Assembly: GCA_001643675.2 (NCBI GenBank)
Contig: LSRY02000013.1
Coordinates: 434,001-498,000 of the forward strand
Source: Monocercomonoides exilis PA203
Taxonomy: Eukaryota; Protista; Preaxostyla
Direction: 5' to 3'
Length of the DNA: 64,000 bases
Numbering within the stretch: the stretch's first letter is position 1; each line of letters begins with the position of its first letter. This document shows, one piece after another, positions 1 to 13,420 of the stretch. The position numbers and the translations under genes are program-made. Below the pieces are notes generated by a model. It did no database searches. It worked only from the letters and a program-made list of their open reading frames with translations, and was not told the DNA's origin.

Positions 1-756
1 GGAAGTGGATCGTCTACAGTTTCTCTATCTTCACATCTTAAAAAATGGAAGACAGAACATTTAGAGGAATATGATCAGCTATTTAAAAAATTAAGTAAAA
101 TCAACAAAGAATTGATTGAACACTTAAGGGATTTCAAAGTTGAGGAAAGCAAAAGTGAAGATGACGAAAGTAATACATCTAAATGTGATGATATAAGCAG
201 TCAAATGTCTTCTTCATTTTCTTTCCACCTCATTCTGCACAAGAGAATTTCTTAATCGCTCTTTCAATTTTATTTGAAAAATATAGAAAACAACTTCTTA
301 CCATCAGTACAAAAAGTGGGGTTCCTATTTGTCCGTTGTTAATTGATGAGGTTGCAGATGTCCTAAAATTAGACGAAGATGGTGTAGTTGCCGTTGGAGT
401 TCCAGGAGGCGTGACTTTTGAATATTCAGAATTGTATTAATTTTTTGAGATTATTATTATTATAATTTAACTTTATGAATATTCTTTATGATTATTATGC
501 ATCAAAAAAATTCGATTCCTCAACTGCAGCTGGAGGGGAAGATGCATTCTTCATCTTGCTTTCGCGAATAAATTCACTGGAAAGTGTAGCAAAGAAAATA
601 AATTCTATCTGCAGTAAATACAAACGAAACATTGTTCTGCATCAACTATTTCAGATAAATACTGCACAAGAATTTTCAAATCAAATTGTTACAGATGGAT
701 TTTCAGTCCAAATTTTAAAAGACAAACTTTTATCAATTCAAAAGCATGAAATATGA
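1..756 (+). CDS. 3' part of a GHMP kinase, ERG8-type phosphomevalonate kinase (spliced; 5' end outside window)
   Basis: Spliced reading gives ...ISTKSGVPICPLLIDEVADVLKLDEDGVVAVGVPG/AGGEDAFFILL..., matching the ERG8/plant PMK C-terminal motif (SGVPIEP...GVPGAGGxDAxF). Joining it needs an intron at 409-529. Confidence 0.6.
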
Positions 757-1123
757 AACGAACATTTTAAAATTAGATGTTCTATGCGAAAGAAAAATAG
801 GAAGAAAAATATTGAACACATGATACCCTCTTATTTTTTATATTATTTGTCAAAAGAGAATAAATCACAAAAAATGAAATGAAAATTCAATTAAAAGAAT
901 TAAAAATACAAAATAACAAAACGCTAAATAAGAACAATTAAAATGCAACAGAAAGAGCATTTGACGTGAAGAAGTTCAATATAAGTGATTGCAAAGTAAA
1001 TATAATTTCCAATTTCCTCTAATTGTGCTTTTTTGCAAAATCCGCTGCTTTTGAAAACGAATCTACAATCTTTTCAAGTTTTGATTTTGAGACTCTGATG
1101 TATTCAGTTTCAAAATTCTATAG

Positions 1124-2580
1124 AACATATATAAAACATTAAAACGTAACAAAACATTGCAAACTTCTGTGCCGTTATCATCAACAGTGCTGAAAACAGC
1201 TTCTAAAACGGCGTGTGGAGCAGAAACTTCGTCATCATCTTCCTCTTCTCCAACCTTGACAGGAACATCAATTCTCCAATTTAATCCACATAATTTCTTT
1301 CCCCATCTGACTTTCGTTTCATCTGCAGTTGCACCTTGCCCGCTAATTTCCATTTCCTCATCATCTTCTTCGTTGATTGTTTCAGTTTGATCTCGTTCTT
1401 GTTCCATTTAATTGACGAAAAAATTACTGATCAAAGACAGTCAAATAAAAAGGTATGGGGAAGATGTTATTAGGCCACAAGCTATCTGCTGTTCCTGCCT
1501 TGATACACGAGGTATGTCGTGGTAGACTAGTGTAAAAATATCGAGGAATTTGATTATTATTATTATTAGGTGCTTGTGGCACCTCCAGCGCCAACTGATG
1601 AAATTACTCGTATTCTTGTTGCGTCTCAGACGTATGCAATTGTTTCTTCAAGAACTTACTCAATTTCGATGAATTTTTCTATTTAGATTTTATCATGACT
1701 TAGTTTATGATCGTGCTCTTGCTTGTCTTGAAGATGCCCTGGATAAATGGACTTCTTTATGGTTTGGAGGATTTTTTCGTTATTTATCTGACTTTATGTT
1801 GATTGCGTAATACTGTAATTATGATTGACATCCCTGAACACAGCAAGAACGGAGAACCCCCAATTGAAGTATCGTTGTATTTTCATTGTGCCTGCGGTGA
1901 AATTGAAGAAAGCATTGGAAAAGATGACGAAGCACTGGCAATTTTTAAAGTGTGAATTTTAAGCAATTACCATCAAATCAAATTTGCGTTTTTTATGATA
2001 TCAGGCCGCTCAATGCATTTCTGCGTGGCTTCCTGAAGATCATGTGGACATTGCCATTCCTCATTCTCACATGGGAAGATTGTTCTATCATGCTCAGCGA
2101 GTATGATTTAATCATTGTTAAAAACTTATTTTTAACTTTCATTTATTTGAATGAAGTATGATGAAGCGCTGACTGAATTTCGACGTGCAAAGCAGATTCG
2201 AGAAGAGGTATGAAATATGAGAAATTATCATCTCCACTTAAAATTTATAATTTATAAAAACAATTTTTCAATAGATATTAGGAACAGATCATCTCGACAC
2301 ATGTACACTCTATAATAATATAGGTGCAATTCTTCTCATTCAAGAACAACTTAAACCTTGCGTCGAATTATTTGCAAAGGCACTTGAAGTTTTTCAAAAA
2401 GAACTAGGAATGGAACATCCAAGAACAACCATTGTAAGAAGGAATTTGAGCATTGCACATTCAGAACTTTTAACAATACCAAGAACATTACCTACACTCC
2501 CACCACCACCTCCAAAGCCAGTGATTGAGAAGCCATCAGGAAAGAAGAAGAAGAAGAAGAAAGGAAAAAAGAAGAAATGA
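1124..2580 (+). CDS. Multi-exon TPR-repeat protein (kinesin-light-chain/TPR_12 type) with Lys-rich tail; 5' end uncertain
   Basis: Exons bounded by GT..AG read EDHVDIAIPHSHMGRLFYHAQR/YDEALTEFRRAKQIREE/ILGTDHLDTCTLYNNIGAILL...KELGMEHPRTTIVRRNL. Stop at 2578-2580. Confidence 0.6.
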
Positions 2581-2783
2581 ATTAAAAATGTGTCAATAAA
2601 CTTTTCATCGTATTTATTTCTTTTTTAAAAATGATGTACCATTTCAAATAGCTTTTAATTTGATTGTTTATCTCTTGAAAATAACTAATTTACATGAAAA
2701 ATTTTATTTGCCCATCGTTTTTTTTAAGTTTGATCTTGACAAAATAATCCCTTTAACGTCCAAATAGTTAAGAAAACTGAAAA

Positions 2784-3623
2784 ATGTTTTTCTTCTTTAT
2801 TGCGTCAGTGTTTGCTGAATCTATCGTTGAGCAAGTCAACAACGATCCAACATCAACATGGGTTGCTGTCGAGTACCATCCTTCAATTATTAACCATGCA
2901 AGATTCATTGCTCGCCTTGGCCACACCATATCCCAAATTCCAGCTGAGGAATACATCTATCGTAATGATGTTCCCGAATCATTTGATTCTCGCGATCAAT
3001 GGCCCGGAAAAATATTGCCGGTGAGAAACCAACAACAATGCGGTTCATGCTGGGCATTTGCCATCGCTGAGTGCGTTGGAGACCGTTTGGAGGTTGCGGG
3101 AAAAGGGCAGGGAGACATGTCTCCACAAGATTTGGTTTCATGCGACAAAACAGACCAAGCATGCAACGGAGGAGAATTTGATCCTGCATGGACTTGGACC
3201 CGCGACAATGGTATAACAACTGACCAATGCTTACCATATGTTTCTGGTTCAGGACGTGTTCCTCAGTGCCCAACAAAATGCCAAAATGGCTCTGAAATTA
3301 TTAGAACAAAAGTGAACTCTTACAAGCATTTGACCTCAAACGAAATTCAGGAAGAAATCATTGCACACGGACCAGTATCTGCTGGTTTCACAGTGTACAT
3401 GGACTTCCAGTTTTATAGAAGTGGTGTTTACAAGCACAAAGTCCCTATCAAGGCAGGAGGTCATGCTATTTTGATTATTGGCTGGGGTGTTGAGAAGAAC
3501 ACGCCATATTGGCTTTGCCAAAACTCATGGGGCAACACTTGGGGAGAGAAAGGACATTTCAAGATCCTTCGTGGTAAAAACGAATGTGGCATTGAGCAGG
3601 ATGTATACACTGGAATGGTCTAA
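2784..3623 (+). CDS. Cathepsin B-like cysteine protease (papain C1A), intronless
   Basis: Signal peptide, QQQCGSCWAF (catalytic Cys), GGHAILIIGWG (His), QNSWG (Asn), C-terminal RGKNECGIE. Confidence 0.92.
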   Translation: MFFFFIASVFAESIVEQVNNDPTSTWVAVEYHPSIINHARFIARLGHTISQIPAEEYIYRNDVPESFDSRDQWPGKILPVRNQQQCGSCWAFAIAECVGDRLEVAGKGQGDMSPQDLVSCDKTDQACNGGEFDPAWTWTRDNGITTDQCLPYVSGSGRVPQCPTKCQNGSEIIRTKVNSYKHLTSNEIQEEIIAHGPVSAGFTVYMDFQFYRSGVYKHKVPIKAGGHAILIIGWGVEKNTPYWLCQNSWGNTWGEKGHFKILRGKNECGIEQDVYTGMV

Positions 3624-4049
3624 GCTTTATGGGCTTGGATGAGTTCATTTATCCAATAAACTGTATGATATTTTTTCAATTTTTTTTTCATTGCAAATTA
3701 CGAATATAGACTTTAATTTTAATAGTGATTTGTATTTGTTTTACGAAAAAAAAATTAATTGGGAATTAAAAACAATCGGAGAGATATTTTGTATTTGTAT
3801 TCTTCATTAAAACAATTGATATGTTATTATGGAAAGTTAATATCATTTAAAACATAAAATTTCATATGTGATATCTGAAATCTTCATTGATTCCAATAAT
3901 AGTATTTCAACTTACAAAATGAAAAATGATGATCTTTAACCACCCTTTGAATATTTTCATATTGAATTGGATTAATGTTTACAAATAAGTTTGACCTGCA
4001 TTAAATTGCACTAATATTCATTTTAATTTATTTTTTGTTACAATTTTTG

Positions 4050-5260
4050 ATGGAAAGGAGCGATTATGATAGAGGAGTTAACACTTTTTCACCTGAAGGA
4101 AGAATTTTTCAAGTTGAATATGCTATGGAGGCTGTAAAGGTAATTATCACTTATTTTTATGTGCGAACTATTAAGATTATTTTATTGAAAACAGTTGGGG
4201 ACGACTGCGGTTGGGATTCAACTAGAAGAAGGGACTATTCTCGCAGCTGAAAAGCGTATTTCCTCAAGGCTGCTTATCCCATCATCATTGGATAAAATCA
4301 TGGTATTTTAATGTGCTTTTACAAAATTTATAATTTGGTATTGTTTTAAACATGTCAATCGTAATTGGATTCTGAATTTTTTCTCCGAATAGAAAGTTGA
4401 TGACCACATCGGAGCTGCAATTGCTGGGCTAATTTCAGATGGTAAGAAGTTGATCGATCAAGCAAGAGAAGATACAAATGTTTGAAACAAAAACAGACAC
4501 TTTCATTGATTTCATTTGTTATTTTTTCATCTTTCACATTTTCAGCACCACAGATTTATGTACGATGAACCAATGTCCATTGAAACATGTGCTCAAAGTA
4601 TATGCGATATTTCATTAAAATTTGGAGAAGGAAAAAATAAAGTGATGGTTTGAATTGCAACTGCAGTCTCTTTCGCTATTCAATAAACTCTAATCCATTT
4701 CACTCTTTTTTTTAAGTCTCGACCATATGGCGTTGCTTTGCTTCTTGCCGGATGTGATAGAGAACTAATCCCTGGAACAGATACTTACAGATACATTCCG
4801 CGATTGTTTGCCTCCTTTCTTATTTCTTTCTGATAATGCGTTTTTCTGTCACATTGTTTCAGATTCCACACTGATCCATCAGGAACTTTCATGTCAGTCG
4901 AATGCAAAGCAATTGGCTCTGCTGCTGAAGGTGCTCAAACAAAACTGTCTGATGAATATTATAAGGTTTATTTTTCTTTTTTTTTCGAACGTCCTAATGA
5001 TGGAAATGAATTTTTTAATAAAAAATATTTTGAATTGTTTTCATCCTTATTGTTCATTCTAATATTTTCAGTCTATGCCACTTGAAAAGGGAGAATTGTT
5101 GTGCATACAAACATTGAAACAAGTGATGGAAGACAAAATTGACGAATCAAATGTGGAAATGGCAATTGTTTCGGCTAAAACTGGAAAGTTCACGAGCTAT
5201 ACAACAGAACAAGTCAGAGCGTTAATACAAAAGGCACAAGCTGAAGAATCAGATGCTTGA
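4050..5260 (+). CDS. PSMA5: 20S proteasome alpha subunit, alpha5/PUP2 type (multi-exon)
   Basis: [38 protein letters not shown]...AEKRISS...[12 protein letters not shown]...FHTDPSGTF...[10 protein letters not shown]...LKQVMEDKI; several short GT-AG introns. Confidence 0.92.
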
Positions 5261-5503
5261 AGAATGATTTTGATTATTTATTTTCTTTAAATGGAAAAAA
5301 TTTAATAATTCATAATATCTACAAAAATTGTTTAAAAATCAAATTAAGTTTTAGAAAATGAAATATTACAGAATATACTCAAAGCTTTTATAAATATATT
5401 AAACATGGATATTAGTAATTTATGATAATAATAAATTGCAATTATTTTCCATCCTCATATTCAATTATGATCATGCGTCAACCATAAAAAATCAACCAGA
5501 ACA

Positions 5504-6975
5504 ATGTCAGGTTTTTAACTTTGCTTTCACAATGTGACTGAATGATATTTTTGTCGGATGCACTTTTCAGGAATATATGATCACTATATAACAATCTTCT
5601 CTCCCGAAGGAAAGTTGTTTCAAGTCGGTTTGATTGTTCATTTTAAGCTCAACAAAAGAAATATTTAACTGCATATATTAAAATATAATCTTCGAACATT
5701 CTTATATGTCCTATGATCAATAATCAAGAATATGCGCACAAGGCTATTAAATCAGAAAATCTGACTACACTTGCGATCAGGGGCAAAGATTGCATAATTG
5801 CAGTTTCGGAGAAAAAAGTACCAGTATGATTTGCACGATTTCATTATTTTTAATTCACAATAACATGTTGATAAATTTGTGATACAGGAAAAGTTGGTTG
5901 ATCCAGATACAGTTCGTCACATCTATAATGTTACTCCACACATTGGAGCTCTCTTCACTGGGATGCAAGGTTAACGAAATTATTTATGTTTATTTTATTT
6001 ATTTTAATTTGTTGTATTTCAGCCGATTCGAGAATGTTGCTTTTCAAAGCACGGCAAAAGGCTGCAAAATTTCAATTTAAAAATGGAATTGAAATACCCG
6101 TGGATTATTTGGCTAAGCTTATGGCTGGAGAAACTCAATTCTTCACTCAACATGCATATGGAAGAGCTTTTGGATGCAGGCATGTTTTTCTTTTAAAGAC
6201 TGGAATAATTTAAGTTATGAATTTCTTTTCCTGTTATTTTCAGCATTACCTTCTTTGGAATTGATGATGAAGCTGGTCCACTCATTTACAAAGTAGAGCC
6301 TTCTGGGCATTTTGCAGGATATTATGTTTGTTGTAGATATTTTGGTTTTTTTGTTTAATGCTTTTATAAAAACATTTACATTTGCATTTTTGTTAAATTA
6401 AATTCTTCCTCAGGCCACTTCATCTGGTGTGAAAGAGCTTGAGACAACAAATTTCCTAGAAAAGAAACTGAAGCTTCCTGATCGCAGCTCAAAACTCACA
6501 AAGAAAGAATTAATCAGGGTTTATATATTTTTCATCCTTTCTTTTTTATTAATTAAAAATTTGATTTTTACAAAAATCACTTTACGTTTTTTCTTTTTTT
6601 TCTATTTTCTTTCTTTCTTTCTTTTCATTGAAATCTATTGTAAATTATCATTTAACTTAAATGTTTAAGCTTGCGCTGTCTGCAATGCAAGGGTCCATAA
6701 ATAGAGAATTGCAGGGAACTGATCTGGAAATTGCAATTGCTGAACGACCAACGCAAATGAAAGGATCTTCATCGGCTTCTGCTTCGTCGTCGTCCATGTC
6801 TTCTTCATCTGCTTCTTCATCTGGAGCACTTTCAACAGAAACAGGCTTTGGAATAATTAAATATTTGACAGCAGATGAAATAGACGCAGAATTGACAGAA
6901 ATGGTGGAAAGCGGAGGACTTGTGGAATATTTGCAAAGCAGAGCTGAAATGGATAGAGAAGAAGGGTCATCATAA
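5504..6975 (+). CDS. PSMA6: 20S proteasome alpha subunit, alpha1/SCL1 (alpha type-6) type (multi-exon)
   Basis: MS/GIYDHYITIFSPEGKLFQV/EYAHKAIK...RGKDCIIAVSEKKVP/EKLVDP...NGIEIPVDYLAK...TQHAYGRAFGC...GVKELETTNFLEKK. First coding exon is 7 nt (ATGTCAG). Confidence 0.9.
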
Positions 6976-7195
6976 ATTTGAAAAGTGTCCATGCCTCATT
7001 TCACTTCTTTGCAAATTCCATAATTTTTCACTTTTTTTATTTTTCGTTCAACGAAAAAATAGATTTTTCACAGATTACATGGAAATTTTTATTTATTATG
7101 CAGGATTTTTCTTTGATGTAATAAAAAGTGAAGAACACATAATAAAACTTGATTGAACCGAACAGTAGTTTGAAAAGACCCATAAAGCGAAATAA

Positions 7196-7799
7196 ATGGA
7201 AGACGACGAAAGGCCTACAGACAAGCCGGAGGGAGATGACAGCGGAGACACCACTGATGAGTACAGAAAATTAATGAACTATCCACTTATAAAAGTTTGT
7301 CACATATTGTTAATTCTCTGAATAATTTTTCGATTTTTCTTGGTTTTTGTTAATTTAATTGTAATAACAATACAAAACGTAATTTTTAAAACATCATTTA
7401 TTATCACATACTGATGATGCATTATGCCTCTCATGTCACTATCGTATTGTCAGTATTGTGACATGAATGAAGAAATGCGTGTTGAAACTCTTGAAGTTGT
7501 TGTTACAGCTCTTGAAAAATGTCCGAATCATTATGAAAACGCAGCAAAGCTTATTAAAGATACAATGAGTCGTAAGTTTGGAGATGGATGGAACGCTATT
7601 GTAGGAGAGGGTTTTGGTTTTGAAATTTCCTCACACGTCAAACATCTTCTATTTCTGTTTTATGGTGGATATCTTGCTGTATTACTATTTAAAGGTTTGA
7701 TTCTCAATTATTTTCGAACCTTTTTTTAATTATTTTCTTTCCTTATTCCTTATTGAAATTCATATAATAATTCACACTTGAAAATTTTTAGCTTCATAA
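7196..7799 (+). CDS. DNAL4: Axonemal dynein light chain 4 (LC8 family), 3 exons
   Basis: EYRKLMNYPLIK/YCDMNEEMRVETLEVVVTALEK...AAKLIKDTMSRKFGDGWNAIVGEGFGFEI...LFLFYGGYLAVLLFK/AS*, closely matching DNAL4. Confidence 0.88.
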
Positions 7800-10414
7800 A
7801 CTATAACATCTCAATCAATCACTTTCTTTTTTAATTTTTGATATGATGTGCAAGCCTTTGCAGAAAGTTATGAAACAATATTAAAAAAATTTCATATTAT
7901 TTCTCAGCATTTTTTTTATTCTTTCTTCAATCGAATTTTTCAATTTATGCTGATTTTTATTTAACCAAAAATTGGTAAACATATAAAGAAAGATTATTCA
8001 TTTTTTATGTGATAGGTTTTGAAAAACAAGAAAGATTTTTGTAAGATCTTTTCCAATATAAAATCATGAATATATGTTAAAACAAAGAACTTCTTCATGG
8101 CTTTTAGACGCATATAATTGGATTCATAACATTTTCTCGACTTATTTCGATTTGGATATTGGGCAAAAGATAGAATAGAGAATTGGAAAAAGTTTGTCAA
8201 AAGAACAAAGAGGAAAAATGAACGGTTTTTGTTTTTGAAGAAAGTTAACGTTTTAGTGAAATTAAAAAAATAAAAAATTAAAAATAAAATAAAGAGCAAC
8301 ACATCTAAACCATTCATCAAAGTCAGATTGAGAGATTCTGTCATTTTTTTGCTTTTCAAATTATGACGAATTGATAGAATTGTTATCACGTATTGTATTG
8401 CATCTCCCATTTTCGACAAGAACCTGATTGCAGAATATGTGGAGGATTTTTCCAAAAGGCACTCGTGGTTATTTCCATCTTCTCTTATTGGCGTATTGGA
8501 ATGATATCATGCATATTGCTGGTCCGCTCTTTCATGATGAGAGGAAAATCATTGGAGAACAAATGTTTCAAGAAATTGCAAAATGGCCAATACCTTTTTG
8601 TGGGCGCTCATGCAAATTAAAATTCGTTAACGAAAATATTGAAATAGTTATTCCCACTCGTTAATCTATTCCATCTGTTTATTATGGTAAGACTTTTCCT
8701 CTTCGTTCAGATAGATTCAAACCTAATTATTTCGAGAGCTCCATGAAAAATTCTCGATTGAGACCACTGTCTATTGATATTTCTTCAACCACTTCGAGAT
8801 CTTCTTCTCCAGTTCCGTTGAGCTTGAGACTTAGCCTTTCGCGTTTTTGTTTGGAGCAGATTGGTGAGAGACTTTCTCAAAGTTTTTCGTTTGTAAGAGT
8901 ATAGCAAAGAAAACAAAGCAATATAACTCAAAATGATCAACAATGTTCAAATGTTCCGGAATCGAACCAATTTCACTTTCAAAAACTGCCCGAAGCACTG
9001 ATTCGACAGCTTCAACAGCAATCAGCTTCCCGAGTTTTTTCCCTTCTCAGCCGATGCCTTATGTGTTTGCACTCCATAAGCGAGATATGCTTTCACACAT
9101 AAACCCTTCTTTCATGTTTCTCTCATTCAGTGATCTGCTCGTGAACAACGCACCTTCTGCCTCGCTGGATGTGTTCTCCACATACTCTCCATTCATCTAC
9201 ACATGCGCTTTCTGGAGCAGCCGCTGCTTTGCGGGAAGCCACTTTGTGTATTCACCTCCTAATATTCTTTGGCTTCGCGTTGTGTTTGGCCTTTTGTCTC
9301 TTGTGGCGCTGCTCGTATATCTACTTATGTGGGCTCCTTTAGAGCTTCTCATTTGTTAAGAAAGAAATGCAAGTTGCACTAGAATTTTTCAATAAATTTA
9401 AACCAAGCGATTGACTTGATACATTCGACTCAAGCAACACTGTCTTTTTGGAATTAAACAATGAAATTAATGTTAAATGCGTTTATGATTTAAAGAACAT
9501 TTTGATTGCTTCTTTGTTCAATCAAACAAATTAAAAACTCTCCAGGCAAAAAGAAAAAAAAGAAAGGTAAGTTTAAGAAAAGTGGGATCGGAAAAGAAAA
9601 GACGTATATGAAAGTTATTTCTCAACATGATAAATCGGTTGATGAAATTGTTATAATTCGAACGTTTTTTTTTTTAAAATGAAGGAGAAGAATGCAATGA
9701 AATGATGTTGAATCATTCGAAATATTTGCAATGATATGTCTTTTTTTCAATAAATTGCAAATAATCCCTGTTTGTATTTACAGATTGTAAAAACCCATAA
9801 ATTGTTATTCTGATTTTTCATGAGAAGGAATAGATACTCTTCAAATGGTTCAACTGATGCATATTTAGGTGTTTCTGTGCTTCATTTTAAATATTTAATG
9901 TTTTGGTATTGCTTTTTTCAGGCAGCCTTCCCGATGATATTTTGAGGATGTTCGAGTTTTTTATTTCAAAATCTTTTGATGAAACAAACCTTTTGCTTTT
10001 TGTTTGTTGCAAATAGGATCTTTGAGAAATGTGATTGCTCAACGATTCTTTCGTTATCGCAGGTGAATAGCAGATTCGATCTTCTCACAAAAACGGAGGA
10101 GTTTGGATTTTTTTTCCATTTTTTCAAAGAAAGAATCAACATTTGACGCTTTGCATTGCCTCTTCTCATTGATTGAACAGATGTTCGGAAGTTAAGTGCA
10201 GATCAATAGTTCCATTTATGCACAAAATTTGTCTTCTTCCAGATTGTGCATTTCAAGATATTAACACATTTCACCCACATTCAAAAAAAGATTGGAGAGA
10301 GAGTTACAAATTCGGAGTGAGTGCAAAGGGATGGAACGAAACATTGAGGTTTGTGTGTTGATGTATTTGAACACTTATTATATATTTCTGGTAATATACA
10401 AATGAATATGTTGA

Positions 10415-11837
10415 ATGTGGGCGAAATTTGTTGCATTCAGAATTTACAAAGAGTTGGCACATATACAAGATTTTCCACGGATCTCTGGGGAAAATTGGAA
10501 AAAGCTGAAAAAAACGACTCTAAAAACATCGATTTGTTCAGTTTTGCGTTTCATAGCTGAAATTTTGTTGGTGCTTGGATTGCTCAGTTTCTTGAGGAAT
10601 AGCGAAGTTGCTTTTCGAGTGAGAGTGAATGGGGAAGCATCCAAAAAATCGTTCGCAGACACTTTGACATTTTCAACACTTCTGATTGGATCGTTTTGTT
10701 TAGAAGATTGTATCAGTTCATTTCTGTTAAAAGAAACTGAAATGATATTTCCGATTTATATTTTGGATGGAGCGATTCTATTAACTGTGGTGTATTTCGA
10801 CTATTTTTGGAAGAACGTTTCAATATTTGCGTTCGTCTGGCCATATTTTGTGCTTGCTATTCTGCTGCTTGCAGTTGTGATTGTGTGTGAATTTAAGCAA
10901 GCAGCTTCAGTTTCGAAGTACATGTTTTTGCTGTTGGATGTCATTTCAGCTGCTCTAATGCTGTTCTTTTTGGTGATTGTTTCACTGAAAGCAGACGGTT
11001 TGATCTAACTGATGAATTTTTATTATTGAAAATTATTTTTTCCATTTTCTATCTTTTTTCCCCACAAAATCCATTGCATGATGCAAAATAGCACACATTT
11101 ATCGAGTTTTGGTGTGTCTGACATCACTCAAGTGGAAAACTTTATTTTCCATATCAATTTTGAGTGTATCGATTCTCTTTGCACGTTTCTTTGCAATGTT
11201 CTGTACTGGAAGAATGTTTGGTGAAATATTGGCTCCTCTTGACAAAGGGATTATTTCAATTGGGATGGGAGTTGTCGGAATGGTTGTGCTTCCGTTTCTG
11301 ATTCTGACACCGCTGAAGCTCGATGGATCAATAAAATTGCACTTTGGCTTTTGCATTGCTTCTTTGATTGTTTCTGTTGCGGTTCTTGAATATCTTGCAA
11401 TTCCGAATGCATCCAAATACATGTGCAAAGATTTGGAAAGCAAATGGAGGAAAGAAGAGATTGAAAGCAGATGTTATTTTGCAATTCAGAAGTTTGAGTG
11501 GCTGAGAATGAAACTTGGATTGCGCAAGCTTTCAAAGGGAGAGGCAGTTGTTGGTTTTAAAGAGCCCTCCAAAAAGGGAAATTGGATGCAAATTGGAAAT
11601 GCAGGTTTCGTCAATAGAAAACGATCAGAATTTTGGTTGGATAGATTTGAAACTGAAAAAGCATTGAAAATACGAAGGGATTATTATGCAAGGCTTAAAG
11701 GCTCGGATCCCAAATGGTGGGAAGGCTTTGCGAACAAAGCAGAAACTTTTCCATTCGATCTCTTCAAGAAGATAAACACTTTATTTTTCAAGTGTTCACT
11801 TGTATCAGTCATTGTAGTTGTTTTCTTGATTCTGTAA
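10415..11837 (+). CDS. Multi-pass membrane protein, TMEM185/Fragile-X-F-like; two ORFs, split by an intron or a lesion
   Basis: Many hydrophobic helices with the repeated LK(A/L)DG motif (VSLKADGLI, PLKLDGSI). Gene structure not resolved. Confidence 0.35.
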
Positions 11838-12023
11838 AATTGCTATATTAAAATATTTAGAGTTTTTCTTTATGTTTGAAAAAATTTTTGCTTTTTGTTC
11901 ACATTTTCTTTTTCAGTTCAACTTTGTTGTTATTGAGATTACTATATTTTTTTTTTTAACTTTCTTTTAAACAAAAAACTTCAAGTTGAACAACTTGTTG
12001 AATATAGAGCTGTGCTTTGAATT

Positions 12024-12076
<53 letters not shown>

Positions 12077-12199
12077 CAAAAATAATTTGTTTTAATTAAT
12101 TACGAAAGTTTTGAATTATTATCTACAGGAAATGAAAGAAATAATTGAGAAGTCAATTTCAAGACATTAAATGATAACACAAAGTTAAAAGAGAAAAAT

Positions 12200-13420
12200 C
12201 AGAATCAGAAGCCTAATAAATCGCTCCATAATTACTTCATTCAGGTGCTTTTGTTGGCTCTTCAGAATCCTCGGCCCAAGATGGTGGATTTTCCGGAAAA
12301 TGCTTAAGAACAACTGATTTATCAAAGGGCCAGAGATCTGTGACTTTCCATGATGAGATAATTGTGCTGGAATAGCTGGCCGCTGCCAACCCATCGAAGA
12401 ATTGTTGTGAAAAGTTCTTTTTCATGTGAGACCATCTATGTCTATCCTCTTTCTGTTTCAATGGCAAACACTCTTTTCATATTGGCGAAAATGAACTGAT
12501 CATTCAGTTGAATGATATGTGACCTGCGAGATGGCAGTTAAATTAAATCCACAAGATTATCTTTGCAGAGTCTTTTCATTTCTTCAGTGAAATGTCTAAC
12601 ACAGCAGATCATTGTCAACGCTGAATGACTATGCTCCTCACATATTGTTGTCCTTTTTTTATTAATTTCTGGAAGAAAACAGACTCGGAACAATTCAAAG
12701 AACAACTTTGATGTGATATGTCCATTTTTCGAAGTGTGAAAAACTTCCAGTGAAGTTGTGGCTAACTTGTTCTCATCGGGCAAAGTTTTTTATGGAATTT
12801 CTATGGGAGTCATATATCTGCAGCCATCTGCGCTTCATATGAAGATGATTGATCTTGTAGATGAAAGAGATGTTACGGCGTTGAAACCGAAGGTGTGGAT
12901 GAAGATGAAGCGACAAAATCATTATTTCTTTTTAAAAAAATGTTGAGATTTCATCGATATGAAACGATAATTGAGGAATCGGTTTTTCCTCGTTTAGATA
13001 TTGTTCGTATATATCGAAAAAAGATATTACTTTTTTTAGCAAGAATGAGCAACACTTCCGATTGGAAGAGCTTTTGGCTTTGCAGACACAATTTCTGGAT
13101 ATCTTTCTAAAAACCGTCACGTCCGGTCCTTGTCCACTGATTTGCATTCTTCACATTCCTTCCTTTTCTTTTGCAACATTTCTTATTCCTGAAAATGGAA
13201 AAAAATCAAAAAAAAATATAAACACATCCACAACAAACTATTTGAGTTATGTATTTTTTTGTTGGATATTGACAGATTTTTATTTCTTCAAGAAATAACT
13301 GTTTCATTTCTAACTCCTCAGCTTCGTTAAATAATGTGGGCCTACCACATTTCCCAATGCTTCTGCCATTATCCCTTGCTTTGATCACTCGCTGCAGTGA
13401 AGATCTCTTTTCTAAGTCGC
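12200..13420 (-). pseudogene. Decayed pogo/Tigger-type (CENP-B HTH + DDE_1) transposase
   Basis: Fragments GRPTLFNEAEELEMKQLFLEE (HTH_CenpB-like), SADG..TP..I and SKNGHITSKLFFELFRVCFLPEI (DDE_1-like), with many stops and frameshifts. Confidence 0.55.

Noticed and set aside
7994-9359. Short ORFs suggesting a gene
   Set aside because: Fragmented by stops with no recognisable motif; probably a decayed gene that I cannot assign.
12025-12071. A47 tract as a retroposed poly(A) tail
   Set aside because: No flanking TSD or recognisable SINE/LINE body.
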